Assembly: GCA_002269645.1 (NCBI GenBank)
Contig: NIVC01001971.1
Span: 62,001 to 126,000 of the forward strand
Length of the DNA: 64,000 nucleotides
Direction: 5' to 3'
DNA from: Macrostomum lignano
Lineage: Eukaryota
In this document: one piece after another, positions 36,558 to 50,607 of the stretch
Numbering within the stretch: position 1 is the stretch's first letter
How the letters are laid out: each line of letters opens with the position of its first letter
Translations under genes and position numbers: made by a program
The notes under the pieces: model-generated
What the model was told of the DNA's origin: nothing
The model's database searches: none
What the model saw: the letters and a program-made list of their open reading frames with translations, nothing else

Positions 36558-39500
36558 TTTAATTAACATTTGCAGTCAATCCGTCGGCAGGTACTCCTAC
36601 AACGTACAATCTATTTTAGTACATTTTATTTTAAATTAAAACTTTAAATTATTAATCTGCTAATCTGATTGACTTTTGCATATATAGTGTGAAATTCTAT
36701 CTATGAAATTCGTTGCTGATTATGCGATGTCTTCAACCCGGATAAATTTCCCTTTTTTATCACATTTCGATCACTTACAGCATGCTACTATAGCTACGAT
36801 GAATTATCCGTTAGACACGTTGAAGGAAAAAACTGAAATAAATAATTGCACTTGCAGATAGCTACTAGCGTCTGTTACATTATCTGAACTGCATTAGCGA
36901 TATTTCATTTCGTCATCTCTAACTTGTTCTTCAGAATGTGGCATTTGCTAAAATTCAGGCGCATATGCAGAATCAATTGCATACACAACGCATGGTACAT
37001 GTAATTTTTCCGATCACTGTGTGATTTGCTACATGTATGATGTTCATAAGTAGAAAGTCAGACTTTGAATTTGCACCGAATTTTTAATCAGCGGTAAGGT
37101 TTAGGGTTAAGGTTAGAGCTTGTGCCTTTGAGGATTTCAATCGATAGTGACTGCTACATAAAAATCAGTTTTCGACGATGCGACGGACTTTCGAGCTTAT
37201 GATGGTGGTTGCTAAACTTTTCGACTATGAGTGTGATGTTTCGTAGAGCTTGCGACTTTTCGAGCTTGTGATGGTGGCATGCTAAATCAGTTTTTGACGA
37301 TGTGACTTTTCCAGCTAGTGACTTTTCGAGCTTGTGATGGAGCCCTGTTTCGACGAATCGATTTTTCGAGCTTATGATGGTGACCCGTGCTGAAAGACAC
37401 TCGTAGGCAGGTTGTTCACGCGCATAAAGCCGGATTTTATGGGCGTGGATTAACACAACAATTTTTCCTTCTAGTTTACTACTTTGTTTAAAAATGTGAA
37501 CACAAAAAGTAAAAAAGGCAAACATACTTTTTTTGCCATATTACAAATAAAAAGTCAAAAAGAGTAAGAGAGTATTTTAAAGGGACTTTCCATGAACGTA
37601 CAATTTGTTGAATAAATTCTTCTTGGATCAACTATAATTAACTTTCTAAAATTTTAAGATTTCTGTAAAAATTTAAATCAATCCTGCAATTTGTCTTAGT
37701 TTTACCAAATATTTCTGTGAGTTTCAAGGTTAGGACTCAGGAGCAAACACTAACCACTGCCCACTGGCACTAGCACTAACACTAACTGACTAACAGAGAA
37801 ATAATAATAGCTTGTAATACATCAAGTTTTTATTGTATAGCTAAGCTAATATGCTATATAGGGACGATAGGGTTCTTTTTACCAGGGTATCTAGTTTTGC
37901 TCAATTAAGTTAGGTATTTAATTTTAATGAAAATATTAATTTCTATGAAAAAAAGTGTTGAATAATGAATAGGACTTCTAGTTCTAGTAATCTAATTTTA
38001 ATGAGACTTTTGCTAAAAACTTAAAAAGTGAACTAAAATTAAAAAAAATATTCCAAATCTATACCATGTTATGTTTCTTATTCATTTCCAATTCTAGGCA
38101 TGTCAAAAAAGTTTTAACCTCACCTGTGCCACCTCTATGAAAGGTGTAATAGTTTAGTCTAAAAGTAGACATGCTAATTAACTAGCATAGCTAAATACTA
38201 TTGGGATATTATAGAAAAAGCTATATACAACCTTAAGCAAGGTGGTAGATTTCATAGAATATTCTAGCACATATTGGCCATTTCTTAGATGCACTTTGCA
38301 TATTTGGTGCATGGTACAAAATAAGAAATGAGATGAGGGCATACAACTTTGTGTACTTAAGTAGCATAATAGTATAATAAGAAGTGCGCAATCATTTTGT
38401 CTTCCACCTTTTTGTCTGCTGGCAGATAAAATGACTTTTTAAAAAAAGTTAAGGTATAGCTTTATAGCTAGTAAAGCTATTTTTTTATATTTAAATACTG
38501 CAAGTCGTGCAAAAAAAGATAAGGTAGAATGTCAGTTCTAAGCGTAATTTTGTTTATCGCACTATTTCAAAGATTTATCAATTTTAAACATCCAGTAAAA
38601 AAAACTTTTTGCAGGATGGAAGCTGCAATTATGAATATTGAAGGCAGAGACAGAGTCATTGTTAAATACAATTGGCCGGCTGTTATGAGCATTGTTATGA
38701 CCCCATCCAATGATGATGCATTTTCATTATGAACAATTATTCAGCTTACAAAATTTATATAACAAACAAAAATTTAGTATATGTGATACGGTATATACCA
38801 TACTCCCGAAGATGCTGTTTTGTGGGAAAAATTCTCGCGTGCAATAAGGTCCCAGGCAGCCATGTGCGGCATGCAAGGCGTGCAACCAAGAGGCGGAAAT
38901 TATTTTGGCATGTGCCGCGCAAATATTTTATTCACTCTGCGTTTTTGGTGATGACAAGTTTTTTATTTTAAATTGAATGTCTCGCAATAATAACACTATA
39001 TAGAGAGATTTTTTGTGTATCTGCAATAAGGAAAACAATTTTTGCGTGATGCAATACAATTTTCAGGCATTATAAAACAGTATATAATAAATATAAACTA
39101 TAGTATTTTGTTTAAGTATTTCTTTTTTTTTATTTGAAAGTGTGTCTTGCATTAATTATTCAATGCAAAGCTTACTGCTTACATAGATAGATCGGTAGAT
39201 CTAGATCCCTTGCTGCCACTCACCTGTCCTAGTTTACTATGGATAGTTTCTTTTCTTTATTTGAATTTTAAATCTCTTGTTAAAAATTAAAATCTAAAAA
39301 ATCTAAAATTTAAATTAAAAAATTTAAAAAGTCATTTAGCTTGGTGTGCATGGGGTGTATAAATAATTTGAACTCCTGCATGTGGCGTGCAAGGGCAAAA
39401 ATTATTTTCACGTGCATTAAGCATACTTGGGACTATGGGGTGTATACTACAGGTCCCTTTGGGAAAATATTTTTAGATGCTTTTAAAGTAATGAGTATGT

Positions 39501-40311
39501 TATCTTCCCTATAAGAACTTTTAAGATAAAGAGATATTTATATTCAATATTATATGTACTGGCGTCATACTTAGTCTTAACATTTTGTGGCAGATGAAAT
39601 GACTGCATCATATTTTTGCAGACGAAAAAATGGCAGACAAACTGGCAGCAGACAAAATGACCATCAACCTAATAAGACCATTTTTAGTATATGGATTTAG
39701 TATATATTCCTTTGAATAGTTTAATATAAGAATTTGTTTATGTTTTGTAATATATCATTGTTTGTATTTTATGGAAGAGTGTTATATTAATATTTTTAAA
39801 ACAATTGTTAATTTTATTATAAACATAAAAGACTAGTCAAAGTTTGAATTCATTGTATTTTGCTCAAATTCATATAAATATGTTTGTCTTTTATTTTGTT
39901 TTTGGGCTATTATGACAACTCCAAACATCAGTGTATAGTGTAAGAAAAAAATAATTCTCTGGTACATGGTGCATCATTAAAATGTGGGAAATTGTTTCTG
40001 GCATATATGGTATACCTCTGACTATGGTAAATAGCTATTTGTTTAGTATATAATTGATAATGCTATTGGACTCTAGTGTTACCTAGAGCCAAAGAGCCAG
40101 ATTGCTAGGCTTTTGCTATTGCCGAGACATTGCAGCTTTGACAATACAGCCTTCAATAATAGGTACCTATATTACCCATTTTAGTTCATTACAACTGCCT
40201 GCATAATACTAATAAGCTGACGAGGCATTTTTGTCTTAAAATATAGTCAAAGTTACTCACGCCGTTTTCCCATCATGGCATTCATGCATTTCCACCCCTT
40301 AGACACAAAAA

Positions 40312-42627
40312 ATGTTCGCTGTTATCGCTTGCGGCCGCCTCGTACAGACCGATTTCCAACAGGTGGACGCTAACAAGTTCACTCTGACTATACCGGCTGC
40401 TGACAAGGTCAACCACTTGGTATTCTTTCTTACCGGCCAATGTCCACTGCCCGATGGAGCCGCCGCTGCCGTGTACCTCGGCTGGCCCCAGCCGCCGCCC
40501 AGCCCGCCGGAGCCTGTCTGGAGCTTCATCGGTCACCTGACCAACGAGAAGCCTAGCGCTATATTTAAAATCGCGCGCACCAGACCGCAGGATCACGATC
40601 CAAATCATCCGTTTCTAGCTAATCATTTTGCCACTGGCAGTTGGACTGATCTCACCTGTGTGCAGGTGCGCCTTATCGCCGATCGATGATTTTACTGTAT
40701 CTCAGCAGAATTTTAAAGAGTCTCTGAACCCCAGACATTAGAGGTCCCCTCGCATTGAAAGTGTGAATATTCATCCTAACTTCAGCCCTCGCCACCCCAA
40801 CCAAAACGTGCACATGGCGTCAAAAATCTCTGCTGCCTGAGTCCCCCAACCCCAGTCACTTGAAAGTTGCCCTTACAAAAGCTTTGAGACTCGTTTCCAG
40901 GTTTTATTTTAGCATTAAAAGACTGGACCGCATCATCGTGTTCCCCATAGTTCTCATATTTTGTGCTCCTAGTTATTTTTAGACTCAATCACTAAGTTAG
41001 TTTGGGGTGGCCCTGAAAAGGGCCGTTTGACTTTCTAGTTTCCAGTCACCTTTTAATAAACAACACACTGTTCTACCCCCCCCCACCCATAGTCTCAGTT
41101 TTGAGTGGCCACTATCGCTAGATACAGGGAACTCGTAGCTGGTATGACTCTAGTTAAGCCGAGTTGGCGCCGGTTAGTACCAGGGCTGAAATAGGTTGGG
41201 TACCTAGTTTTAACCCTAGCATTATTGCAGCCACACCCGCCCTATGTGACCACTTTGTGTATGCAGGGTCAGGCTTGTTTGGGGAGAAAGAAATCATATT
41301 TTTAATAGCAGCACTACAATTGATATAGATCGCAGTATTAACAGGACTTATCTTCGTTATGTATCATTTCGTTTATGAGTTTATTTAAGGTCAAATTTTC
41401 GCAACTTGAACTACATCTTGAACAATGTGAACTTTCAAGCTTGCAAAAATGACCCACAGCAAGAAGGCAAGCAGCAGTTATTCTCTGAGCAAAGCAAGTA
41501 GGCACACGCTCTCACAGTGTACAGCGGCCTTGTGACTTTCTCATTCTTTGGCATGTGCACTCTCTGTGCGCCTTCGCCTCAGTGGAATGTGACCACTCGA
41601 TAGTAACAACAACAACACCAGTAAAAAAAACGATGACAACATAAATAACAACAACTGCAACAACTGCAACAACAGCACCAGTAATAATAACAACAACGAT
41701 AACACAAATAGCAGCAACAACAAAACCAACAACAACAACAACAACTGCAACAACACCAGTAATAAAAACAACAACGATAACACAAATAGCAGCAACAACA
41801 AAACCAACAACAACACCAGTAATAAAAACAACAACGATATCACAAATAGCAACAACAACAACTGCAACAACACCAGTAATAAAAACAACAACGATATCAC
41901 AAATAGCAGCAACAACAACTGCAACAACAACACCATTAATAAAAACAATAACGATAACACAAATAGCAGCAACAACAACTGCAACAACAACACCAGTAAT
42001 AAAAACAATAACGATAACACAAATAGCAGCAACAACACAGTAATAAAAAAACAGTGATATCACAAATAGCAGCAGCAACAACAACAACACCAGTAATAAA
42101 AACAACAACAATAAAGACAACAGCAGCAAAACACGCTGCTTGGGTCTTCTGAAAGCTGCGTCTCAGGGCGCGCCTCCGGACCAGGTCTGCCGGTATGCTG
42201 CGGCTATGATGCAGTCTACCAGCTGCAGTCGCCTTAGATCTTGCTATTGAAACCTCACTATTTCGCACAACTACGAGTATATAATTTAGCAATTGCAGAA
42301 TTAATCCTTTGCTAAGACCCCTAGTATCATTAGTAACAGTTTTTGAATAATATTAAATACAATATCCATTTGCAGGTAGGTATCTCCATAGAGCCGGTGC
42401 AAACGGTAGCAGGCATGACTCCGCCAGCGGGCACTCAGGCCGACTCCACGCCAACTATGGTAGCCTTCTCGCAGCGTATGCTAGAGAGCCTCGTGAACTA
42501 TTTGAGCAGTTTTGCTACAACTCCGCCTGGCGCTACTGAGTCCTACGTGCCAATGTCGGCCGTGACCAGGTGGTATGAAACTTTTGAACGGCGTCTGCGA
42601 CAGTTTCCCGACTTTTGGAAGACTTAG
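40312..42627 (+). CDS. HIKESHI: Hikeshi/OPI10 (Hsp70 nuclear import carrier), 201 aa
   Basis: Exons 40312-40665 and 42376-42627, phase 0. Motifs MFAVIACGRLVQTDFQQV, NHLVFFLTG, TNEKPSAIFKI, QVGISIE, WYETFERRLRQFPDFWKT. Confidence 0.95.
41004..41028 (-). other. Histone-mRNA 3' stem-loop consensus, with no histone ORF upstream
   Basis: Minus strand reads AAACGGCCCTTTTCAGGGCCACCCC (6-bp stem, TTTC loop, canonical flanks). Confidence 0.6.
41590..42125. repeat. (AAC)n-rich low-complexity array in the Hikeshi intron
   Basis: Visible; source of the poly-L/V/C ORFs at 41512-42292. Confidence 0.9.
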
Positions 42628-43339
42628 GGCTGCCTGTTAGGGGCAGTTAGTAACAAGTTAGATAGTTCGAGATAGAAGTTCAAAGCCAATCGTGGTTGGT
42701 GTTTAAAAATAGTAGATCTGCTCTGCGTTTGGGCTCTGCCGCAGGCGCAGGTTCTACGTGGATCAAATCAGTAAATTAAATATAAATAAAATGAGTCCTT
42801 ATGAAAATTTCTGCATATAAAAGAAAAAACATCTTAACTTACTACTGAACTACTGCAAGTAGATTGGACGCAAATGTGTGGGCTAAACGGTGTGGAGAAA
42901 CAGGCTACTGGCTTTGCAAGCGAAAATATTCTGCTATTTCTACTTTCAGTAGTTAAGTTTGTACGCAAATTCCTCAAGTCGTCCTGTCCCGACTCCCGTG
43001 TGCCTTTTTGGGCCTTTGTGGACTTTTTGAGTCAAGTTAAAAAATCGTTTCTATTTCCTGCTTATACAATGTGGTGCCCATTGATGTGCCACAAAGGATG
43101 ACTTGAAACTTTAAAAAAATTTCTTACATTTCATAAATCACTTTTGTGTGTTGCAATTTCTTACTTGACATTGCGGGTATTTATCATTTATCGTAAATTC
43201 GGAATATGAAAGTGCATTAAAACTGACAAAAAATCAATTCGTTTGTATTATATAGAACCTTGTTTTGTCCGCAGAGATTCTTTGACTTTATTTATTCGAA
43301 ATCAAAGTCATTTTTATTAGAATATGGGCTTGAATGTTT

Positions 43340-43600
43340 TAGAGTCATTGAAGTCTGAATTGGGTATTAAAAGTTGGACAGTTCTTAGGATACTAGTATT
43401 ATAGTCTGGATTGGGACTTCTAAATTATCTAGCTTTAAATAATTATTAGGGATTACTAATACTTTAGTCTGGATTGGGAATTCTAAGTTGTCTAGCTCGT
43501 GGATTGGGAAATATCTAAGTTGTCCAGCTCCTGGATTGGGAAATATCTAAGTTGTCTAGCTCTAGGATTACTAATGGTTAAGTCTGGATTGGGAACATTT
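43340..43600. repeat. Degenerate ~35-bp repeat (GGATTGGGAAATATCTAAGTTGTCTAGCTC) upstream of PDHA1
   Basis: Several imperfect copies visible. Confidence 0.7.
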
Positions 43601-43729
43601 TTATCCACACTAGTGATCTCAAATTATCATTTCCGCTTGTCTCTGCCGCCAATTGCTGCCAATTTTCGTATAGAGCCCCTTAGCAACAAAAGAATATATT
43701 ATTATATATAAAACAATTTATACTACAAG

Positions 43730-46700
43730 ATGCCTCTCAGCTCAAGTGCGATTCGCGCTAATCTACTGCTGCTTCGCGGCGGCTGTGGCCTGTTTGTAAG
43801 CAGCCGGTTGGCCTCATCAGCTATGCTGTCTACTCGGCCCTACAAGCTGCACAAACTGGAGTCTGGACCAGCCTCTGAGGCACAGGTGACCAGTGATGAA
43901 GCTAGGAAATATTATCGCGATATGGCCACAGTTCGCCGGATGGAAACTGCCGCCGGCAACCTCTACAAAGAGAAGGCTATTAGAGGCTTCTGTCATCTGT
44001 ACAGCGGCCAGGAGGCCTGCTGCGTTGGCATGGAAGCCGTGCTGGATAGGAACGACCCGGTGATCACGGCCTACAGGGCCCACGGTTGGACCTACACTCG
44101 CGGCGTGCCAGTTAAAGCTGTGCTTTCCGAACTGACTGGCCGGGCCAGCGGCTGCGCCAAGGGCAAGGGCGGCTCTATGCATATGTATAATCATAACTTC
44201 TACGGAGGCAATGGCATTGTTGGTGCTCAGGTGCGTCAGTGTGCTACCCTGATATCCGCCTTCCTCCGACTGATTCTATCCGCCCCCGACTGATTCTATC
44301 CGCCCCGACTGATTCTATCCGCCCCTGACTGATTCTATCCGCCCCGACTGATTCTATCCGCCCCTGACTGATTCTATCCGCCCCTGAATGATTCTATCCG
44401 CCCCCGACTGCTTCTATCCGCCCCCGACTGCTTCTATCCGCCCCTGACGGATTCTATCCGCCCCGACTGCTTCTATCCGCCCCCGACTGCTTCTATCCGC
44501 CCCTGACGGATTCTATCCGCCCCGACTGCTTCTATCCGCCCCTGACGGATTCTATCCGCCCCGACTGCTTCTATCCGCCCCCGACTGATTCTATCCGCCC
44601 CTGACGGATTCTATCCGCCCCTGACGGATTCTATCCGCCCCCGACTGCTTCTATCCGCCCCTGACGGATTCTATCCGCCCCTGACGGATTCTATCCGCCC
44701 CGACTAATTCTATCCGCCCCGACTGCTTCTATCCGCCCCGACTGCTTCTATCCGCCCCGACTGATTCTATCCGCCCCTGACGGATTCTATCCGCCCCTGA
44801 CGGATTCTATCCGCCCCTGACGGATTCTATCCGCCCCCGACTGCTTCTATCCGCCCCCGACTGATTCTATCCGCCCCTGACGGATTCTATCCGCCCCTGA
44901 CGGATTCTATCCGCCCCCGACTGCTTCTATCCGCCCCGACTGCTTCTATCCGCCCCCGACTGATTCTATCCGCCCCTGACGGATTCTATCCGCCCCTGAC
45001 GGATTCTATCCGCCCCTGACGGATTCTATCCGCCCCCGACTGATTCTATCCGCCCCCGACTGATTCTATCCGCCCCTGACTGACTCTATCCGCCCCAATC
45101 TGCATCTGTCCCCGCCTATCCCAATATTCTATCCCCCTCCCCCTTCATCAAACCGCACAGGTGCCGCTGGGCGCAGGCATCGCATTTGCGCAGAAGTACC
45201 GCGAGGATAAGCGCGTATGCGTCACCCTCTACGGCGACGGAGCCGCCAATCAGGGCCAGGTGTTCGAAGCTTTCAACATGGCCAAACTGTGGGACCTGCC
45301 GTGCATCTTCGTGTGCGAAAACAACAAATACGGCATGGGCACTGCGGTTGAACGGGCTGCCGCTTCCACCGCCTATTACACTAGGGGCGATTACATCCCC
45401 GGCCTGTGGGTGGACGCTATGGACGTCATTACTGTTCGGGAGGCCACCCGGTTTGCCAAGGACTGGTGCCTGTCCGGCAAGGGACCGATTCTGCTGGAGA
45501 TGGAGACTTACAGGTTCTCCTACTGTTGTTAATGATCTATTCTGTTTTAATTTTAGTACAATGCCAATGTGCCATTAATCCTACTGACAACCTCCCATAA
45601 ATCCCATTAAGAATCTCATATAAATCCTATCAAGAATCACCCATTAATCCCATTAGGAGACTCCCATAAATCCCATTAAGAATCTCCTATTAAACCCATT
45701 AAGAATCTCCCATAAATCCCATTAAGAATCTCCTATTAATCCCATTTAGAATCTCCCATTAGTCCTATTAGGAATCTCCTATTAACTCCACCAAGAATCT
45801 CCCATTAATCTCATTAGGAATCTCCTATTAACTCCACCAAGAATCTCCCATTAGTCCTATTAGGAATCTCCTATTAACTCCACCAAGAATCTCCCATTAA
45901 TCTCATTAGGAATCTCCTATTAACTCCACCAAGAATCTCCCATTAATCTCATTAGGAATCTCCTATTAACTCCACCAAGAATCTCCCATTAGTCCTATTA
46001 GGAATCTCCTATTAACTCCACCAAGAATCTCCCATTAATCTCATTAGGAATCTCCTATTAACTCCACCAAGAATCTCCCATTAATCTCAGTATGAATCTC
46101 CTATTAACTCCACCAAGAATCTCCCATTAGTCCTATTAGGAATCTCCTATTAACTCCACCAAGAATCTCCCATTAATCTCATTAGGAATCTCCTATTAAC
46201 TCCACCAAGAATCTCCCATTAATCTCATTAGGAATCTCCTATTAACTCCACCAAGAATCTCCCATTAATCTCATTAGGAATCTCCTATTAACTCCACCAA
46301 GAATCTCCCATTAATCTCATTAGGAATCTCCTATTAACTCCACCAAGAATCTCCCATTAGTCCTATTAGGAATCTCCTATTAACTCCACCAAGAATCTCC
46401 CATTAATCTCATTAGGAATCTCCTATTAACTCCACCAAGAATCTCCCATTAATCTCATTAGGAATCTCCTATTAACTCCACCAAGAATCTCCCATTAATC
46501 CCATTAGGAATCTCCTATTAACTCCACCAAGAATCTCCCATTAATCTCAGTATGAATCTCCTATTAACTCCACCAAGAATCTCCCATTAATCTCATTAGG
46601 AATCTCCTATTAACTCCACCAAGAATCTCCCATTAATCCCAGTATGAATCTTTCATAAATCGCATTGAGAATCTCTTATTGATCGCATTAAGAATCTTCC

Positions 46701-47097
46701 ATAAGTCGCATCGAGAATCTGCCATAAATCACATTGAGAATCTCTTATTAATCCCATTTTGCCCCGTTCCGTCACTCGCAGATACCACGGACACAGCATG
46801 AGCGACCCCGGCACCAGCTATCGCACCCGAGAGGAAGTGCAGTCCATGCGCCAGATGCGCGATCCCATAGCCAGCTTTAGGCAGACTCTACTCACCGCCG
46901 AGTTGGTAGCCGAGGAGGAGCTCAAAGAGATTGACCAATCAGTGCGCAAAGAAGTTGACGAAGCTGTCCAAGCCGCGAAAACTAATGCCGTGCCCGACCC
47001 GAAGGAGCTGTACACCAATGTGTACAGTCAGCCGCCCAGCGGCCAGCCCAACTATCGGATTAGAGGCATCGATCAGTTCACCTGGAGTGCTAATTAA
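43730..47097 (+). CDS. PDHA1: Pyruvate dehydrogenase E1 component subunit alpha, mitochondrial, 389 aa
   Basis: Exons 43730-44230, 45161-45513, 46782-47097. Motifs [41 protein letters not shown]-binding [10 protein letters not shown]...[17 protein letters not shown]; Arg-rich N-terminal presequence. Confidence 0.97.
44270..45100. repeat. Intronic minisatellite, 20-21-bp unit (CTGATTCTATCCGCCCCCGA)
   Basis: Fills nearly all of PDHA1 intron 1. Confidence 0.95.
45590..46750. repeat. Intronic minisatellite, 46-bp higher-order unit made of two ~23-bp subunits
   Basis: AATCTCCCATTAATCTCATTAGG plus AATCTCCTATTAACTCCACCAAG repeated; fills PDHA1 intron 2. Confidence 0.95.
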
Positions 47098-47254
47098 ACA
47101 TATTTGATATATTGGACTAATTGAACTTCGGTGCAAGAGCCGATAGTTATATACAATTTGTAACTGGGTACTCCGTGATGCTACAGGTTGCTTATGTTTG
47201 TTTTATGTGATCTGCAAATTAATTCATCTTATTGTATTAGTTAGGAATCCTTCA

Positions 47255-49030
47255 TGACCTCTGTTGACCCCTCCCCTGCGATCCTTCAGTGACCCCTCCC
47301 CTGCGATCCTTCAGTGACCCCTCCCCTGTGATCCTTCAGTGACCCCTCCCTTGCGATCTTTCAGTGACCTCTGTTGACCCCTTCCCTGTATCCTTCAGTG
47401 ACCCCTCCCCTGCGATCCTTCAGTGACCCCTCCCCTGCGATCCTTCAGTGACCCCTCCCCTGTGATCCTTCAGTGACCCCTCCCCTGTGATCCTTCAGTG
47501 ACCCCTCCCTTGCGATCCTTCAGTGACCCCTCCCCTGCGATCCTTCAGTGACCCCTCCCCTGTGATCCTTCAGTGACCCCTCCCCTGCGATCCTTCAGTG
47601 ACCCCTATCCTGTGATCCTTCAGTGACCCCTCCCTTGCGATCCTTCAGTGACCCCTCCCTTGCGATCCTTCAGTGACCCCTCCCCTGCGATCCTTCAGTA
47701 ACCCCTCCCCTGTGATCCTTCAGTGACCCCTCCCCTGTGATCCTTCAGTGACCCCTCCCCTGCGATCCTTCAGTGACCCCTCCCCTGTGATCCTTCAGTG
47801 ACCCCTCCCCTGTGATCCTTCAGGGACCCCTTCCCTGTGATCCTTCAGTGACCCCTCCCCTGTGATCCTTCAGTGACCCCTCCCCTGTGATCCTTCAGTG
47901 ACCCCTCCCTTGTGATCCTTCCCTGTGATCCTTCAGTGACCCCTCCCCTGTGATCCTTCAGTGACCCCTTCCCTGTGATCCTTCAGTGACCCCTCCCCTG
48001 TGATCCTTCAGTGACCCCTCCCTTGCGATCCTTCAGTGACCCCTCCCCTGCGATCCTTCAGTGACCCCTCCCCTGTGATCCTTCAGGGACCCTTTCCCTG
48101 TGATCCTTCAGTGACCCCTCCCCTGTGATCCTTCAGTGACCCCTCCCCTGTGATCCTTCAGGGACCCTTTCCCTGTGATCCTTCAGTGACCCCTTCCCTG
48201 TGATCCTTCAGTGACCCCTCCCCTGTGATCCTTCAGTGACCCCTTCCCTGTGATCCTTCAGTGACCCCTCCCTTGTGATCCTTCCCTGTGATCCTTCAGT
48301 GACCCCTCCCCTGTGATCCTTCAGTGACCCCTCCCCTGTGATCCTTCAGTGACCCCTCCCCTGTGATCCTTCAGTGACCCCTTCCCTGTGATCCTTCAGT
48401 GACCCCTCCCTTGTGATCCTTCCCTGTGATCCTTCAGTGACCCCTCCCCTGTGATCCTTCAGTGACCCCTCCCCTGTGATCCTTCAGTGACCCCTCCCTT
48501 GCGATCCTTCAGTGACCCCTCCCCTGTGATCCTTCAGTGACCCCTTCCCTGTGATCCTTCAGTGACCCCTCCCCTGTGATCCTTCAGTGACCCCTCCCTT
48601 GCGATCCTTCAGTGACCCCTTCCCTGCGATCCTTCAGTGACCCCTCCCCTGTGATCCTTCAGTGACCCCTCCCCTGCGATCCTTCAGTGACCCCTCCCCT
48701 GTGATCCTTTAGTGACCCCTCCCCTGTGATCCTTCAGTGACCCCTCCCTTGTGATCCTTCCCTGTGATCCTTCAGTGACCCCTCCCCTGTGATCCTTCAG
48801 TGACCCCTCCCCTGTGATCCTTCAGTGACCCCTCCCCTGTGATCCTTCAGTGACCCCTCCCTTGCGATCCTTCAGTGACCCCTCCGCTGTGATCCTTCAG
48901 TGATCCCTTCTACCCCATCCCCTGTAATTATTCAGTGACCCCTCCCCTGTGATCCTTCAGTGATCCCTTCTATCCCATCCCCTGTGATCCTTCAGTGACC
49001 CCTTCTATCCCATCCCCTGTGATCCTTCTT
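47255..49030. repeat. Minisatellite, 25-bp unit (TCAGTGACCCCTCCCCTGTGATCCT), about 70 copies
   Basis: Visible array downstream of PDHA1. Confidence 0.96.
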
Positions 49031-49864
49031 TACTGTATTTAGTCCTTTTAAGTTGACTATTCCCCAAAACCAATACTACCTATACAATATCTGTCATATA
49101 AGCTTTCTGTACCATCACTTTTTTATTTCTAAATTTTAACTAATTTCTTTTTTGTGAAGAAGCACTCTGTAATGTCTAGTTTATAAAATAACAATTAGAT
49201 AGAGAAACCGCCATATTTAGCGCTGTGTTGTAGTACTAGTTAATGTAATTAATTTTATAATTAGTTTTTGTCTAGATTTTTATAACTATTATAATACAGC
49301 TCAAGTTAACACATAGCAAGCACCTCGATTTTGTCACGTTTTGCTCTCCGTTTCGCTTGACAATATTTCGCTATCTCTACTTATAGTAAGTAGAACGAGC
49401 GTTTGGATTTGTTTAAATTAGCAAATATTGAAACTGCGAGTACATTTCTGTCTTGTGCACCATTTTTTGTCTAACACAACTACTACTTGGAATGAGTAGG
49501 CGCTTAGGACATTGATGCTATTTTATATTTTCAATAGCTATCTCAACTGGCACGATGGCACGCCGTTGTTTTTTCTTCTATTATTTTGGCTTTCCTTGGT
49601 AATAAATTCTAACTGTAGTGGGTCTTTGTTTAAATGCGAACTTACACAATTACCTTTAGCAAAATCAATTGAAATGCTACTTCATACTCTTAGAATAGAT
49701 AGATTATAAAATACAAGTTTGAAATTATAATAGTTTTCTTTAAAATAAATTTACATTTTTGTGTACTTTACTTTTAGAGGCTCTATCATATTTCTGCCTG
49801 GAAACTTGGTCACTAATTTTTATTTGTTTTCGATCGCTGTTTGCTCTTGGTGCTGTGGATGCTG

Positions 49865-50500
49865 GTCTGTGTGAATATTGATGTTGCCGTGAATGCTGGT
49901 ATATGTGAATATTGATGTTGCCGTGAATGCTGGTATGTGTGAATATTGATGTTGCCGTGAATGCTGGTATGTGTGAATATTGATGTTGCCGTGAATGCTG
50001 GTATGTGTGAATATTGATGTTGCCGTGAATGCTGGTATGTGTGAATATTGATGTTGCCGTAAATGCTGGTATATGTGAATATTGATGGTGCTGTGAATGC
50101 TGGTATATGTGAATATTGATGTTGCCGTGAATGCTGGTATATGTGAATATTGATGTTGCTGTGAATGCTTGTATGTGTGAATATTGATGGTGCAGTGAAT
50201 GCTGGTATATGTGAATATTGATGGTGCTGTGAATGCTGGTATGTGTGAATATTGATGTTGCCGTAAATGCTGGTATATGTGAATATTGATGGTGCTGTGA
50301 ATGCTGGTATATGTGAATATTGATGTTGCCGTGAATGCTGGTATATGTGAATATTGATGTTGCTGTGAATGCTTGTATGTGTGAATATTGATGGTGCAGT
50401 GAATGCTGGTATATGTGAATATTGATGGTGCTGTGAATGCTAGTATATGTGAATATTTATGGTGCTGTGAATGCTAGTATATGTGAATATTTATGGTGCT
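49865..50500. repeat. Minisatellite, 34-bp unit (GAATATTGATGTTGCCGTGAATGCTGGTATATGT)
   Basis: Visible array just upstream of TXNDC17. Confidence 0.95.
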
Positions 50501-50607
50501 GTGAGCATTCACATAGGAACTGTGTGAACGTGTTGCGATTAATAGACAATAGGATGTGTAACAGCCTAGCAACACTGCCGTTTTCTGCGCATCCCACGCG
50601 CCGAGTC

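Noticed and set aside
37095-37115. TTAGGGTTAAGGTTAG telomere-like motif, followed by degenerate repeats at 37180-37385
   Set aside because: Too short for an interstitial telomere; probably part of an unclassified repeat.
41512-42292. Hydrophobic or Cys-rich ORFs of 68-205 aa on the minus strand
   Set aside because: Translations of an (AAC)n array within the Hikeshi intron.
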